A stretch of 64,000 bases of DNA from NCBI GenBank assembly GCA_963693365.1, contig CAVNZM010000001.1, forward strand, positions 5,844,907 to 5,908,906. The letters are read 5' to 3'. This DNA comes from Amoebidium appalachense (taxonomy: Eukaryota > Protista > Ichthyosporea). Made by a program: the position numbers and the translations under genes. Shown piece after piece: positions 17,247 through 28,815 of this stretch (the stretch's first letter is position 1; every line of letters starts with the position of its first letter). The notes beneath the pieces are model-generated. The model made no database searches. It worked only from the letters and a program-made list of their open reading frames with translations, and was not told where the DNA came from.

Positions 17247-18347
17247 TTAGTAGACGTCACAGCCGTAGCCGGTGCACTTTGTAGGGGTTGGGGCACAGGT
17301 GGTGACTGTTGCAGTGACGGTGTTGTAACCGAACTGAGTGAGGGTCGTGGTGGCCCACTGGGTAGCCGTAGCAGTAACCGTGTTGTAGCCGTACTGGGTG
17401 GTGGTTGCCGTGATAGTGGTGGGCACAACCTGGGTGGCCGTAGCGGTCACCGTGGCAGTGCTCGTGATGGGGTCGGGGTAGACCGTGGTTGTGGCAGTCC
17501 GTGTCTGTGTGATGGTGGTGGGAACCACAGCCGTCTGGGTCCGTGTGATGGTGGTAGGGACATACTGGGTGGACGTAGCGGTGTTGGTGATGGTGGTGGG
17601 CACAACCTGGGTGGCGGTGACTGTGGCAGTGCGTGTAATGGGGTCGGGTTGGACCGTAACGGTGGACGTCTGTGTCTGGGTGAGCGTGGTGGGCACCACC
17701 TGTGTGGCCGTCACAGTGTTGGTGATGGTGGTGGGCACCACCTGTGTGGCCGTCACAGTGTTGGTGATGGTGGTGGGCACCACCTGTGTGGCCGTCACAG
17801 TGTTGGTGATGGTGGTGGGCACCACAGCAGTCTGTGTCTGTGTGATGGTGGTGGGCACATTCTGGGTGGCCGTGGCGGTGTTGGTGATGGTTGTGGGCAC
17901 AACCTGGGTGGCGGTGACGGTGTTTGTCAGGGTGACGGGGTCGGGCCTGACGGTAACGGTGGTGGGGACATACTGGTTCTGGGTGGTGGTGACGGTTGTG
18001 GGCACAACAGCGGTCTGCGTGGTGGTGACCGTCACGGGCTCGCCGTAGCCACCCGCCTGGGTCACAGTCACGGTGGCCGTGACCGTGGCCGTGGCCTCCC
18101 GATAGCCGTTACCAGCAGTCACAGTCACAGTCTTGGCCGCGGGGCACCGAATGGGCACGCGGTACCCAGGCGCCGGTGCTGGGGCAGGGGCGGGGCCGGC
18201 AGGGGGATTGTAGTAGTTGATGGGGGCGGGGACGGGGGCTGGGATAGGCTCCGCGTAGCTGCTGCGGAAACCACTGGAAGCGGCATCGACCATGCTGGTG
18301 GCTACGCCGGCACCGAGCACAGCGACGAACATGTTCTTGGAAAGCAT
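17247..18347 (-). CDS. Secreted Thr/Val-rich tandem-repeat protein (cell wall/adhesin/mucin-like), intronless, 366 aa
   Basis: ATG at 18347 gives a signal-peptide-like MLSKNMFVAVLGAGVATSMVDAA, then a Pro/Ala linker, many ~14-aa repeats of the type TVTATQVVPTTITN, and a Cys-containing C-terminus. Codon usage is strongly biased and there is a TATA box upstream. Confidence 0.85.
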   Translation of the reverse strand: MLSKNMFVAVLGAGVATSMVDAASSGFRSSYAEPIPAPVPAPINYYNPPAGPAPAPAPAPGYRVPIRCPAAKTVTVTAGNGYREATATVTATVTVTQAGGYGEPVTVTTTQTAVVPTTVTTTQNQYVPTTVTVRPDPVTLTNTVTATQVVPTTITNTATATQNVPTTITQTQTAVVPTTITNTVTATQVVPTTITNTVTATQVVPTTITNTVTATQVVPTTLTQTQTSTVTVQPDPITRTATVTATQVVPTTITNTATSTQYVPTTITRTQTAVVPTTITQTRTATTTVYPDPITSTATVTATATQVVPTTITATTTQYGYNTVTATATQWATTTLTQFGYNTVTATVTTCAPTPTKCTGYGCDVY

Positions 18348-18455
18348 TTTGGATGGCGGAGGAAATGGTAATCTACCAGAAGAAATGTGGAGGAGCTTAG
18401 CTGAGTACTTTACTGTGTGTCTCCTGATGATTGAGCTTGGAGTGCAGCCATCTGG

Positions 18456-18462
18456 CTTTATA
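18456..18462 (-). promoter_or_regulatory. TATA box of the Thr-rich protein gene
   Basis: TATAAAG on the minus strand ~110 bp upstream of the ATG. Confidence 0.5.
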
Positions 18463-19680
18463 TTGGGACAAGGAGAAGTTTTGTCCAACCAATGGGATTC
18501 GTCCACCAACAGATGTCGAGGAATAGGTCCGCATAAATTCCTTGTCGGGAAACAGATGCAGAGCCAAGCTCAAATCCTCGCCCACATGGTACAGCATATA
18601 TGCACACCTGTTAACTGTCTCTTCCAAAAGACAAAAGCACGTGGTTGTAAACCAAGCATATTACCAAAGCATTTTATGCATTTATCAGTTCCCCTGTTAT
18701 AAAAAATGAGCTCCCACCAGTGTCACGGTACGGTACGTATCACCCGGTGCGTGCATGCCGCAACGCGGTTGGCAAAGCTGTGCGCACCTGGCAGCAGTGC
18801 TCTGATATCAATTGGATTCCGAGCAATCGCCGGTCGACTGACTGGGCCCGCCCCGACTCTGGTGATCCCGGGCCCATGGCCCCACATGCATTACTTGATG
18901 CATGCATACTATATAGTCGACAACAAACTACTATTATATTGCATGTATATAGCGTGCCGCATGCATGTGTACATTACACTGGTTAGTCAAGTACGTATAC
19001 AAATTACAGTCGCTCTAGTTAGGTACCAATTACCAACGTGTACGCATATGTACATGTACGTACACCCACGCATGGCCCAGGCTTCATGAACTGACTCTAC
19101 TAGCCAGCCCAATTAGGCAGCGTTGTTGTATCAGCAAGTTGGAGCCTTGATTTCTGGCACCTCCACATATTTCGTCTATTTGTGGCCCTACGTGCATAGG
19201 GCATAAAGAACCGTAAACCCTAAGAGTGTTTCTCGTCGAGCCCGGCCCTGTCGACGACGACGCCCTAATTGTAGGCCTGTTTCGAATAGCATGTTGAATT
19301 CTAGGGGGATTGCGGCTCTGCCAGTTCAGACACAGACCCTCTGTGAATTGACTTGACTCATAATTGAATGGCGACTTGGCGAGGCCGGTGAATTGGATTG
19401 ACTGGAAGTCGTGACTTAGGGGGATCTGACTCAAGTCATGACTTAATGACTTAATTACTATATAAAGTAATTTTTGGCCCGCTCCCCCCTCCTTCCCCCT
19501 CCCCATCCGTCTGCCCCGGCCCTCCCTGAGGCCCATCCCCCCCTCCCCCATACCTCCCTTCTTTCCCTTCCCCCCCAAAAGTCATACCTATACCCGGCCA
19601 TGATGTCTCGGGGATCTAGTCAAAAGAAAAAAAAAGGTTTACACACTTTTTATTGCATGCGTGGACACTGCCGGCCCCCG

Positions 19681-19762
19681 GGGGATGTCTCGACTTGACT
19701 TTGAAAAGTCAGGAGCTTTTTTGACTTAAAGTCATGACTCCGAGTCAAGTCGGCACATCCCT
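19681..19762. mobile_element. Very small MITE-like inverted-repeat element (hAT-like terminus)
   Basis: GGGGATGTCTCGACTTGACT versus the reverse complement of 19743-19762, AGGGATGTGCCGACTTGACT. Internal and upstream (19350-19455) GACTT/AAGTC motifs recur. Confidence 0.5.
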
Positions 19763-20345
19763 GCCAAGACCAATGCACATCAGATACCCTTACTTGTGCC
19801 ATATCCTGCCCAATCTGACCAATGACTGGGCCCACATATTGCGAAGCGGAGGTAGTGGTGTAGGGACCTCAACGTTTCTCGTTATTTATCCAGGGATTTG
19901 TGTAACCTAGATTTTATGTCCTCTTGCTCCTTTAATGGTTCTCCTTCATTTGCATCTCTACTGGAACTTCTGGCAGGGCGGCCGTAGAGGTCCCCCCAAA
20001 CTTGTAGGAATCTAATTGTTCCAGACAGAGGGCCGGCAGCCCGGCACAGCCAATCGTTATGGGATGGTATTTCCCGCCATTTCTTGGGTTCACCAATTGG
20101 AGTGCATAGGAGGCAGCCGCGTGCAGCGTGTAAACAACGCCTCCTATTGGCGGAAACATGAGGCGCGTCGGTGCACAAAGTGACACTGTTTGCTGCCTTC
20201 AACAGCTTGTGCACGCTGCCTTGTCTAGGGCACTTCGGCAGCTTGTCTTTTTGTTTCACAATGTACTAGCTTGTACGGAGTGCGCGCCGGGCGTCGGCGA
20301 GTACAAAGTGTTTGTTTAAGAGTATAAATTGGAAGGCGCGCGCGC

Positions 20346-20401
<56 letters not shown>

Positions 20402-21576
20402 CAAATAGAAGATTTCTCTTCTTTGAAAAGTTTGCAGCCACAATATTCACACGGTTAACCTTCGGCTTAGTCTGGTTGTTTCTAAACGGATGGCCTCAAT
20501 GGAAACAAAAGGATTGAAAGGAACACGTAAACTATGAAGGGCAGCAGGCACATTTCCTGTAGCAGGTGTGTACATCATGTTAACGGTTCTGTTGGAGTAT
20601 GTATTTATAATTAGGTGTAGTGGAAACAGTTTTTCAGTTTGTTGTAACCATATGTGTACGTTTATACCGAGTAAAGAACATACACCGTCCATTAAACCTA
20701 TATGAACTCTGCGTCAAGGAGTGAGATGTCATTGTTAGAGTAGTTGTATGGTTGACTTATCTTAGGGTTATATGCGTGCGTGACTCATGCAGTGTTCAAA
20801 TAAGTAAGCACGAAAAAGGGTACTGTCTTGGAGGGCACGTATAAGGTGTTGTTGAGAAATGCGCACATGTTCCAAGGCATTGTTGAGTGTATGTATGAGA
20901 GGACTGCATAGAGCGTATGCTTGCTTGCGTGCGAGGAATGGGTCAGGGTTGAGTAAATATCTATGTGCCAGAGGGCATTGTACAGCATAGGCGCGGTGCA
21001 TCTGGAGGGCGGTGTCGTTTGCAATTCTGTTCCAGTGGTCATAGTTATCAAGGTGGCCAAGTAATGCAGTTCACCTGAAACGTAAGCGTGATACATTTCC
21101 GCAGCAGCAACTTTAAGAATAGCATTCCTCTGCAGAGGGTTTAAAGCAGCTTGCCATAGAACATGCACATATTGTACCTTTGACACTGCAAGCACGTCAA
21201 ATAAACTCTGATTATTCCAATCAGAGCGGGACAGTACGTAGGGAATTCATAGCACTGGTGTTGGTTTTTTATTATATGTGGAAGCTGTACTTTGAGGTGG
21301 TTCATATCGTGTGAAAGATAGGCGTCCATAGACAACACGAGACACACAGCCAACAGCCAACAAAACAAACAATACGGCATGCATGTTGCCATAGGCTTGT
21401 GTTTCTTGGTCAGGTGTTTGATGATAGATGTTTTTGTGTTTGCATGACAGGCAGCCACAACCGAGCGGCCCCGAAGCCTTGAGACCGCAATAGTGGCAAA
21501 AATTTGGGCGCATAGGCCTGCGTACGCAAAAAGTCTGGCATCTACATCTGTACAATCTGGCGCACGCAAAAAGTGT

Positions 21577-22192
21577 CAAATACAAATAAACCCCGCAATA
21601 GTGTGTGTGTGACTTTGGACTGCCACTTACTTATTAAACATGTACACAATCACAAGATAATCACGCAATATAACAAATGGAAAAAGATACCACACGACAC
21701 TAGACCCGATGAAAGCATACACCTTGAAAAACTAAGCCTTATGTCTCGTTTTATATATACTGACCGCCTCAACCATATTGCCAAATATGGCACTCGCAAG
21801 TGTATAACACCTAAATACATATTACCTTCCTGTAGAACTGGTCTTTCTCTAGCTGATGGTATTATTGATCAATTACCACGCTTTTACTGTACACGTGCTA
21901 TACAGTGGAGATCTAATAAGTATAAGGTGGCATCATTTGCATGCCCAAACAACACACACACACACCAGTTTAACCGGTCATGTATCGCCAAATGTAGTTT
22001 GATAGACCACATAATACCGCAACACACACACGTCACATTCACAACAGACACCCAGAAAGATAGCCTACCTGTAAATTACAACATCCTTGATTTTATACTA
22101 AACACGCGTAACTACGACCTGTTTATTAGATGTATTGATTGGCTTGAGAAACACATCACTACAAAATTATAGCGCACGCGCACACACACACA

Positions 22193-22243
<51 letters not shown>

Positions 22244-22275
22244 CCAGCTGATACCGAGTGTCCCGAGGGGAGCCC

Positions 22276-22318
<43 letters not shown>

Positions 22319-22514
22319 GGGGAACCCCAACTAATTGATTTCTCCTTGTAGTCTTTATGGTGTCTCGTAGAGAAAGTAAACCCTGATATATAGTCACCAC
22401 CCGACATCTATGTACGTGATCATGATATACCGCTGAGGGGATATTCCGAGCAAAACCCCCCCCCCCCATACCTGAGACTGGTTCTCTTTGCCTCGAGTAA
22501 ACAGCGTAAACCCC
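21577..22514 (+). mobile_element. 5'-truncated copy of the adjacent non-LTR retrotransposon
   Basis: Near-identical to 26790-27742. Flanked by the direct repeat (C)AAAAAGTGT at 21567-21576 and 22514-22523 (TSD). Confidence 0.92.
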
Positions 22515-23115
22515 AAAAAGTGTGCCAGGCTGTGGAACTGACGCACGCAAGGCCCTGTGGTCAGGCATTCTACGGGAACAAAACATGAAACAAGATCTCT
22601 TTAGGGGCTTTTGTTTTAATTTCCTTAGTGCAAATTATCATATTCAGCCAAAGCAACGAACTTTCATGATTCACGTTTTTCGCTACCAATGTGATTCAGT
22701 ATCTTGCTGGCGGGCATGGAATGACATCTTACGTTTGGATTTCTCACTGCATCATGTGAAATTTTGCGTTTTGGGGCCTTAGCAGTGTATTGGAAGGGGT
22801 GCGCAGCGCTTCCAAAGTGCGGTTTCATTGAAGTTCCGTGGTTTTTGGGTGCAGCACGACCCAAATTCCGGAAACGTTCCAAAAAAACAGCCTATGATAT
22901 CGATTCAAATGTCGCTCTTTATTATCTGCTAATAAATAGTATCCTTCGCGCATCCACCCCTAAACCAGGCCATCCGTGGCCCTAAGGGCCGGGGAACACC
23001 CCCATCCATGTCATGGCACATGCCTATAATCGTTTCAGAACCTCTTTCAAAGTTCCATCTACACCCATCACACATGTGCGACCATTAAAACGTCCAGCAG
23101 ATACACCTACCACAG

Positions 23116-24198
23116 ATGCACAACCAGAAAAAACATCGCCTTAGACTAAGCGCAACACCTATTTACAATACACTACCCATTCAGAATAACACCACACCAC
23201 TCCGTAGAAACACAATAACAACCATGCCGAAACTTTCGGTTGATACAGTACTGGCAGAACTTGCCCTCGTTAAGAAACAGCTAAATGAGCTGTTACCACT
23301 CAAGAACATGATAGAAAAACTCCAAACAGAAAATACCCAACTCAAGCTCACCATTGATTCACTCACAGCCCAGCTAAACATTAGTGGATCGCAAAACCCC
23401 AAAACTCATGAGCAAACATCTCGCGACGGAGACATTTCCACCCCAACACAAAACAACACAGGACCGGAAGCACAGCTCCCGGCAGAGTTCCTAGAATATG
23501 CGAACTCTCGTAAAACACCCGAGCTCCGCCAAATTGCCAAGGAAACATATGCCAGCATTCTTGCAGGCAACGAGTACCGCCGCAACTCCCCTCCCAAACC
23601 GCCGGCTAAGGGGAACACCCAAGCAAACGGTAACATCAACATCCCACCCAAATACGAGAGGGTGTATTTCAAAGTCAAGCACGGCAGACGCCCACACAGG
23701 GCCATGTGGTCCATCTTCAAGGCTCTCGGCTTCCGGTGCTCTCGCATCCTTTGTCTGTCCTTCATTGGATACGATGTGCTGGAAGTAGCAGTACGGGGCG
23801 ACTATAACCGTGCGTTCATCCGTGACGCGACAAAGGGGTGTGGAAGCTTCTTCACCCACCTCCCAAGCTACGACCCATGCGCGCCGGAAAACATTCAGAA
23901 AGCAGACAAAGAACGTAAAGTGTCTGCTAAGAATGCGTGCGCCACACGTTGTCGTGTACGCATCAGCAAGGCAAAAGAGTTCCTCGCAAAGTTGGAAAAC
24001 GATGCTACGAGCGTGATAGACACGGACACGAAGGAACCAATGTTTTCTGGTGAGAAACTGCTCGAGCGCAAACGCCGATGCGAGATGGAAATCGAGCTCT
24101 TCTGCGAACTGTTCGCGCTGGCGGAAGGTCGTGCATACGACCCCGTAAGCGACAAGTGGGAACCAACCCCACAGGTGTCGGACCAAACCGATGCCTAA
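23116..24198 (+). CDS. LINE ORF1 (coiled coil plus RRM-like region); start may be 23224
   Basis: Open 360-aa frame with heptad region LAELALVKKQLNELL...LQTENTQLKLTIDSL, then YASI and RVYFK...SRILCLSFIG..VLEVAV..DY...YDP. Overlaps the ORF2 start by 8 nt (ATGCCTAA). Confidence 0.85.
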   Translation: MHNQKKHRLRLSATPIYNTLPIQNNTTPLRRNTITTMPKLSVDTVLAELALVKKQLNELLPLKNMIEKLQTENTQLKLTIDSLTAQLNISGSQNPKTHEQTSRDGDISTPTQNNTGPEAQLPAEFLEYANSRKTPELRQIAKETYASILAGNEYRRNSPPKPPAKGNTQANGNINIPPKYERVYFKVKHGRRPHRAMWSIFKALGFRCSRILCLSFIGYDVLEVAVRGDYNRAFIRDATKGCGSFFTHLPSYDPCAPENIQKADKERKVSAKNACATRCRVRISKAKEFLAKLENDATSVIDTDTKEPMFSGEKLLERKRRCEMEIELFCELFALAEGRAYDPVSDKWEPTPQVSDQTDA

Positions 24199-27100
24199 TT
24201 TATCCTTTTTCTTCTGGAATGCTCGGACACTGGGCCCCCAAAAGGGCCTCCCCCCCGGGACACTCGACGATAAAATCAGCTACATACAACAACAGACAAA
24301 CAACCACACGTTTACAGTGATTTGCGAAACACAGTTTAAAAACCACCACAAATTCAACTCTACATTGGTCGACACATCCACACACCCCGGTTACGCGAAA
24401 AACCGAGGCATTATTGTACTTGCCGCACCACACGTGAGAGTGAAGTGCAAACCGGTAGCAAAAACGGAATTCTCGGTTTCTATAGAGTTTCTTTCTAATG
24501 TTTTTACTTTTGTATATTACCCACCATCTATGTCGGTTGTCGAATTGACTCACGAGTTGTCACAGTTACCAATGTCCACTGTTATTTTAGGTGATTTTAA
24601 CACGCGACTCCACCACACAGACACACTGCAAGTGAGTGTCGGGTACCCATCTAAGCCCCCGGAGCGTGCTATCCCTTTAGCAAGGTATGTCCAAAGTCAC
24701 ACTTTGCGGTTCCCTCAAATATCCCATGCCCACAACACCGACTGGGGAGTGGCCTTTTGGCCATCAACCATGTCAAAACTCTCTCTCCCTCCTAACCTCT
24801 CTAGGTCATCTGACCACTCTCCTATCCTTTTCCTACCTAAGATCTCCCTTGATCTGCTCCCCCCTCCCCCTCCCACCTTTCGCCTCCGTCTATCCCAGCT
24901 TAAGTCACAGTGGGGTAGAGTTGATGTATGTGTATGCTATGCTACGAAACACCCTATATATATGCGCCTATTAGAATCTGCACAAGCCAGGCCAGATTCA
25001 CATCTCGTACTAGATACATGCACTAACTTTATTGTTGATGATTTGATAGATCTCGGTGATTATGCTGGCGGTGGTAGGAAGGAATATCCCGATGCTCTCT
25101 TGTTACCAAACACCACTCCCGCTAGACTAGGTGAACCCCTGTCTCAAAAGGAAAGCTTGCGCCGGCTTGCTAGTATGAATCGATTTGGCCCCCCTGCTCG
25201 TATTATTGGTGATACCACTGGAGACCCCCTCATAGACTCTGATAAGTATTTCTCGGAACTGTTTAAAGATAGGACCCCCGCTCAGAAACCTATTGTGTGG
25301 CCTGTAGACCCATCTATCCCCATAGAATCGATCCTCCCCTTTTTCAGTCCCGATGCCATATGGTCTGTGATATCTAGTTATAGCTCTAGTAAGTCTTGTG
25401 GACCTGATGGACTCCCTGCTGGGTTTCTTAAAATCCTTGTTCCCTCCTACCCACAAAAGGAAAGTGATCGTGCTATTAAACCTGATCTTACTATCATGTT
25501 AAGCTCTCTCTTTTCTTGGTGTGTTAAATGTGGACATGTCCCGTCATCTTGGTTAGATACCTTAGTGATCCCCATAGTTAAGAAGGACTCTGAGGGCCCC
25601 ATATCATCCTTTCGCCCCATTACACTAACCCAGGTTGTTCGTAGATTCTTTGAAGCTTGCTTACTTAGGTTATTTGCACATCACCCTAGGTTTCAATCTA
25701 TTCTTCACATACACCCATGCCAATCCGCTTTTCGTAAAAACAATTCATGTTATGTTCAAATAATGGCACTGCACGATTCTATGCAAGTTGGTGCACAATA
25801 TGTTGGCTTTATTGATTGGAAAACTGCTTACGATTCTGTCTCCCCTGGTCTCCTATGGGAAAAGCTTGCTGCACGGGGTGTACCACACTGCATTGGTGTT
25901 CTGTTAGAAGCACTCTTGTCTCAAACCTATGGTAGAGCTGTGGTTAATGGGCATCTTTCATATGGTTTTGCTCGTACTAGAGGTCTCTTGCAGGGCTCAT
26001 TGCTTAGCCCCTTTTTGTTTAACCTATTTATAGATGATTTGGCTGTCAAGATTTACGCCGAAAACGATGACCCTATTAATAACTTTCCGCCTGCACTTCT
26101 CTATGCTGATGATCTGTCCCTCCTTGCCCGTACCCCTAGACGCCTGCAAAGATTGTTCGATGTAGTGTCAGAGTGGTGCAAGGCAAACCTTATGATCCTT
26201 AACATAGACAAATGTGGTGTTCTTGTACCTGATATAGCTAACAATTTACACACATTTACATTATCATCTAAACCTGTACCTATAGTTCCAGAATACAAAT
26301 ATCTTGGTGTTCCGGTTGATTCTGTTGGTGTTATGTTTCCCCATATGGTCGAAAAGAGGGTAGAGTTGGCTCGTAAGCGGTTAGCTTTCTTCTCGGCTAA
26401 TATTTTTAAAGACACACCCCTCCATCCTTCTATTAGACTTACATTTATTCGCACTTTTGTCTTCCCGGCATGTGAATATGGTTTACCCCTTCTCGCCGCT
26501 TGGATCAAGAAAGAGAGAACTAGAGCGCTTAAACCCTTGGCAAATTTCCTTGAAGCAGAAGTTGCCTCCTTTCTATCTAACAACTGTTGTAAACCTGGGC
26601 CTGTAACGCTCTCGATATATGGTCTGGTCCCAATAGCTGCTAGAGTATCCTATCTCGCGCTGAAATTCAATAAGCACATAAGCCGCTTAAAGAAGTATTT
26701 GCCCTCCCACCCTCTCTTCTCTATCCGACCTGTCCCCTCCTCACCTCTCCCCTCTTTCCTCCCCTCTCTCTCCCCTTCTCCCCTGGGCACAAATACAAAT
26801 AAACCCCGCAATAGTGTGTGTGTGACTTTGGACTGCCACTTACTTATTAAACATGTACACAATCACAAGATAATCACGCAATATAACAAATGGAAAAAGA
26901 TACCAAACGACACTAGACCCGATGAAAGCATACACCTTGAAAAACTAAGCCTTATGTCTCGTTTTATATATACTGACCGCCTCAACCATATTGCCAAATA
27001 TGGCACTCGCAAGTGTATAACACCTAAATACATATTACCTTCCTGTAGAACTGGTCTTTCTCTAGCTGATGGTATTATTGATCAATTACCACGCTTTTAC

Positions 27101-27385
27101 TGTACACGTGCTATACAGTGGAGATCTAATAAGTATAAGGTGGCATCATTTGCATGCCCAAACAACACACACACACACCAGTTTAACCGGTCATGTATCG
27201 CCAAATGTAGTTTGATAGACCACATAATACCGCAACACACACACGTCACATTCACAACAGACACCCAGAAAGATAGCCTACCTGTAAATTACAACATCCT
27301 TGATTTTATACTAAACACGCGTAACTACGACCTGTTTATTAGATGTATTGATTGGCTTGAGAAACACATCACTACAAAATTATAG
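24191..27385 (+). CDS. LINE ORF2: apurinic-like endonuclease + reverse transcriptase
   Basis: WNART, ICET, VYYPP, ILGDFN, SDHSPI (APE); KSCGPDGL, FRPITL, QSAFR, IDWKTAYDSV, GLLQGSLLSPFLFNLFIDDL, LYADD, YKYLGV (RT); C-terminal C/H motif. Confidence 0.95.
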   Translation: MPNLSFFFWNARTLGPQKGLPPGTLDDKISYIQQQTNNHTFTVICETQFKNHHKFNSTLVDTSTHPGYAKNRGIIVLAAPHVRVKCKPVAKTEFSVSIEFLSNVFTFVYYPPSMSVVELTHELSQLPMSTVILGDFNTRLHHTDTLQVSVGYPSKPPERAIPLARYVQSHTLRFPQISHAHNTDWGVAFWPSTMSKLSLPPNLSRSSDHSPILFLPKISLDLLPPPPPTFRLRLSQLKSQWGRVDVCVCYATKHPIYMRLLESAQARPDSHLVLDTCTNFIVDDLIDLGDYAGGGRKEYPDALLLPNTTPARLGEPLSQKESLRRLASMNRFGPPARIIGDTTGDPLIDSDKYFSELFKDRTPAQKPIVWPVDPSIPIESILPFFSPDAIWSVISSYSSSKSCGPDGLPAGFLKILVPSYPQKESDRAIKPDLTIMLSSLFSWCVKCGHVPSSWLDTLVIPIVKKDSEGPISSFRPITLTQVVRRFFEACLLRLFAHHPRFQSILHIHPCQSAFRKNNSCYVQIMALHDSMQVGAQYVGFIDWKTAYDSVSPGLLWEKLAARGVPHCIGVLLEALLSQTYGRAVVNGHLSYGFARTRGLLQGSLLSPFLFNLFIDDLAVKIYAENDDPINNFPPALLYADDLSLLARTPRRLQRLFDVVSEWCKANLMILNIDKCGVLVPDIANNLHTFTLSSKPVPIVPEYKYLGVPVDSVGVMFPHMVEKRVELARKRLAFFSANIFKDTPLHPSIRLTFIRTFVFPACEYGLPLLAAWIKKERTRALKPLANFLEAEVASFLSNNCCKPGPVTLSIYGLVPIAARVSYLALKFNKHISRLKKYLPSHPLFSIRPVPSSPLPSFLPSLSPSPLGTNTNKPRNSVCVTLDCHLLIKHVHNHKIITQYNKWKKIPNDTRPDESIHLEKLSLMSRFIYTDRLNHIAKYGTRKCITPKYILPSCRTGLSLADGIIDQLPRFYCTRAIQWRSNKYKVASFACPNNTHTHQFNRSCIAKCSLIDHIIPQHTHVTFTTDTQKDSLPVNYNILDFILNTRNYDLFIRCIDWLEKHITTKL

Positions 27386-27389
27386 CGCA

Positions 27390-27458
<69 letters not shown>

Positions 27459-27490
27459 CCAGCTGATACCGAGTGTCCCGAGGGGAGCCC

Positions 27491-27546
<56 letters not shown>

Positions 27547-27750
27547 GGGGAACCCCAACTAATTGATTTCTCCTTGTAGTCTTTATGGTGTCTCGTAGAG
27601 AAAGTAAACCCTGATATATAGTCACCACCCGACATCTATGTACGTGATCATGATATACCGCTGAGGGGATATTCCGAGCAAAACCCCCCCCCCCCATACC
27701 TGAGACTGGTTCTCTTTGCCTCGAGTAAACAGCGTAAACCCCTATGATAT

Positions 27751-27849
27751 ACTAGTAATAGATGTATATATCATAGCCGGGCTTAGCGCCAGGTCCACAG
27801 GTGACATGTCTAATAAAGACTAAGAGAAATCAATTAGTTGGGGTTCCCC

Positions 27850-27886
<37 letters not shown>

Positions 27887-27917
27887 GGGCTCCCCTGGGA
27901 CACTCGGTATCAGCTGG

Positions 27918-27969
<52 letters not shown>

Positions 27970-28151
27970 TAGAATTTTGTAGTGATGTGTTTCTCAAGCC
28001 AATCAATACATCTAATAAACAGGTCGTAGTTACGCGTGTTTAGTATAAAATCAAGGATGTTGTAATTTACAGGTAGGCTATCTTTCTGGGCGTCTGTTGT
28101 GAATGTGACGTGTGTGTGTTGCGGTATACATGTGGTCTATCAAACTACATT
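27751..28151 (-). mobile_element. Inverted 5'-truncated copy of a related LINE subfamily, tail-to-tail with the full element
   Basis: The reverse complement of ~27815-28151 matches ~27204-27586 with substitutions and indels. It diverges after ...TAGTCTTTAT, so its 3' tail differs. Confidence 0.8.
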
Positions 28152-28749
28152 CTATTACATTAAAAATTTCAAAATGTCGTTGTACCAATGATATAGTACT
28201 TTGTAAAACAAATGTCGCCGAATTTCTCGGAAAAAAGTGCGTTCCATTCTGGGTTAGGAACCAAAACCGTTTTGATACGGGAATCACCTGATCTCTGCCG
28301 TCATTCAGCCCAGCGTGTTCACAGTAGACTCCGAAACCGCTGGCTTTTTTCTTTTTATTTCAAAGCCCTGTGTACGTACATCCTCTCGGGCCCAACTTTA
28401 GGGCCCTATATTTCAATATTCTCATTATCAAAAATATAGTTATTTTAAGCTTTTTCATTAGTATTTCAAGAATATTTAGCGATTTTGATGTCATAAAAAC
28501 AACTAAGCAACGTTTCGATGGTTTTTGATGCCTCACAAGATGGCCTTAGGTCCCCTCCAAATTCCGGATTTGAGGTCCGGCAAACAACGCAATATATATA
28601 TAGATAATGAAACATTTTGTTATTCACACTGTTACAAGCCGATAAGTTTGATTTCGCTTTCGCTCATGTTTCCAGATCAGGCACATAACAGAGTCAACAT
28701 CGCCCGGTCAAAAATATTCAAAAAAGATCACTAAAAACAATCATTGGCA

Positions 28750-28815
28750 GTGGGAGCAACTAGCCATACATTTCTTTTGGGTGTGGGAGCAACTAGCCAT
28801 ACATTTCTTTTGGGT
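28750..28815. repeat. Perfect 33-bp tandem duplication
   Basis: GTGGGAGCAACTAGCCATACATTTCTTTTGGGT x2. Confidence 0.9.

Larger units (their letters stand above)
22901..27742 (+). mobile_element. Apparently full-length non-LTR (LINE) retrotransposon, ORF1 + APE-RT ORF2
   Basis: Two intact ORFs. Candidate TSD (CC)TATGATAT at 22891-22900 and 27741-27750. The 3' end is fixed by the truncated copy. Confidence 0.88.

Noticed and set aside
17193-18371. Plus-strand Gly-rich and Val-rich ORFs
   Set aside because: They are antisense shadows of the Thr-rich repeat gene.
20768-22890. Minus-strand Cys-rich ORF fragments interrupted by the truncated LINE
   Set aside because: Frames rejoin across the TSD but stay short and frameshifted with no recognisable domain, so a gene call is not supported.
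21577-27742. The ~940-bp direct repeats as LTRs or pseudo-LTRs of one element
   Set aside because: The upstream copy has its own TSD and includes ORF2 coding sequence, so it is an independent 5'-truncated insertion.
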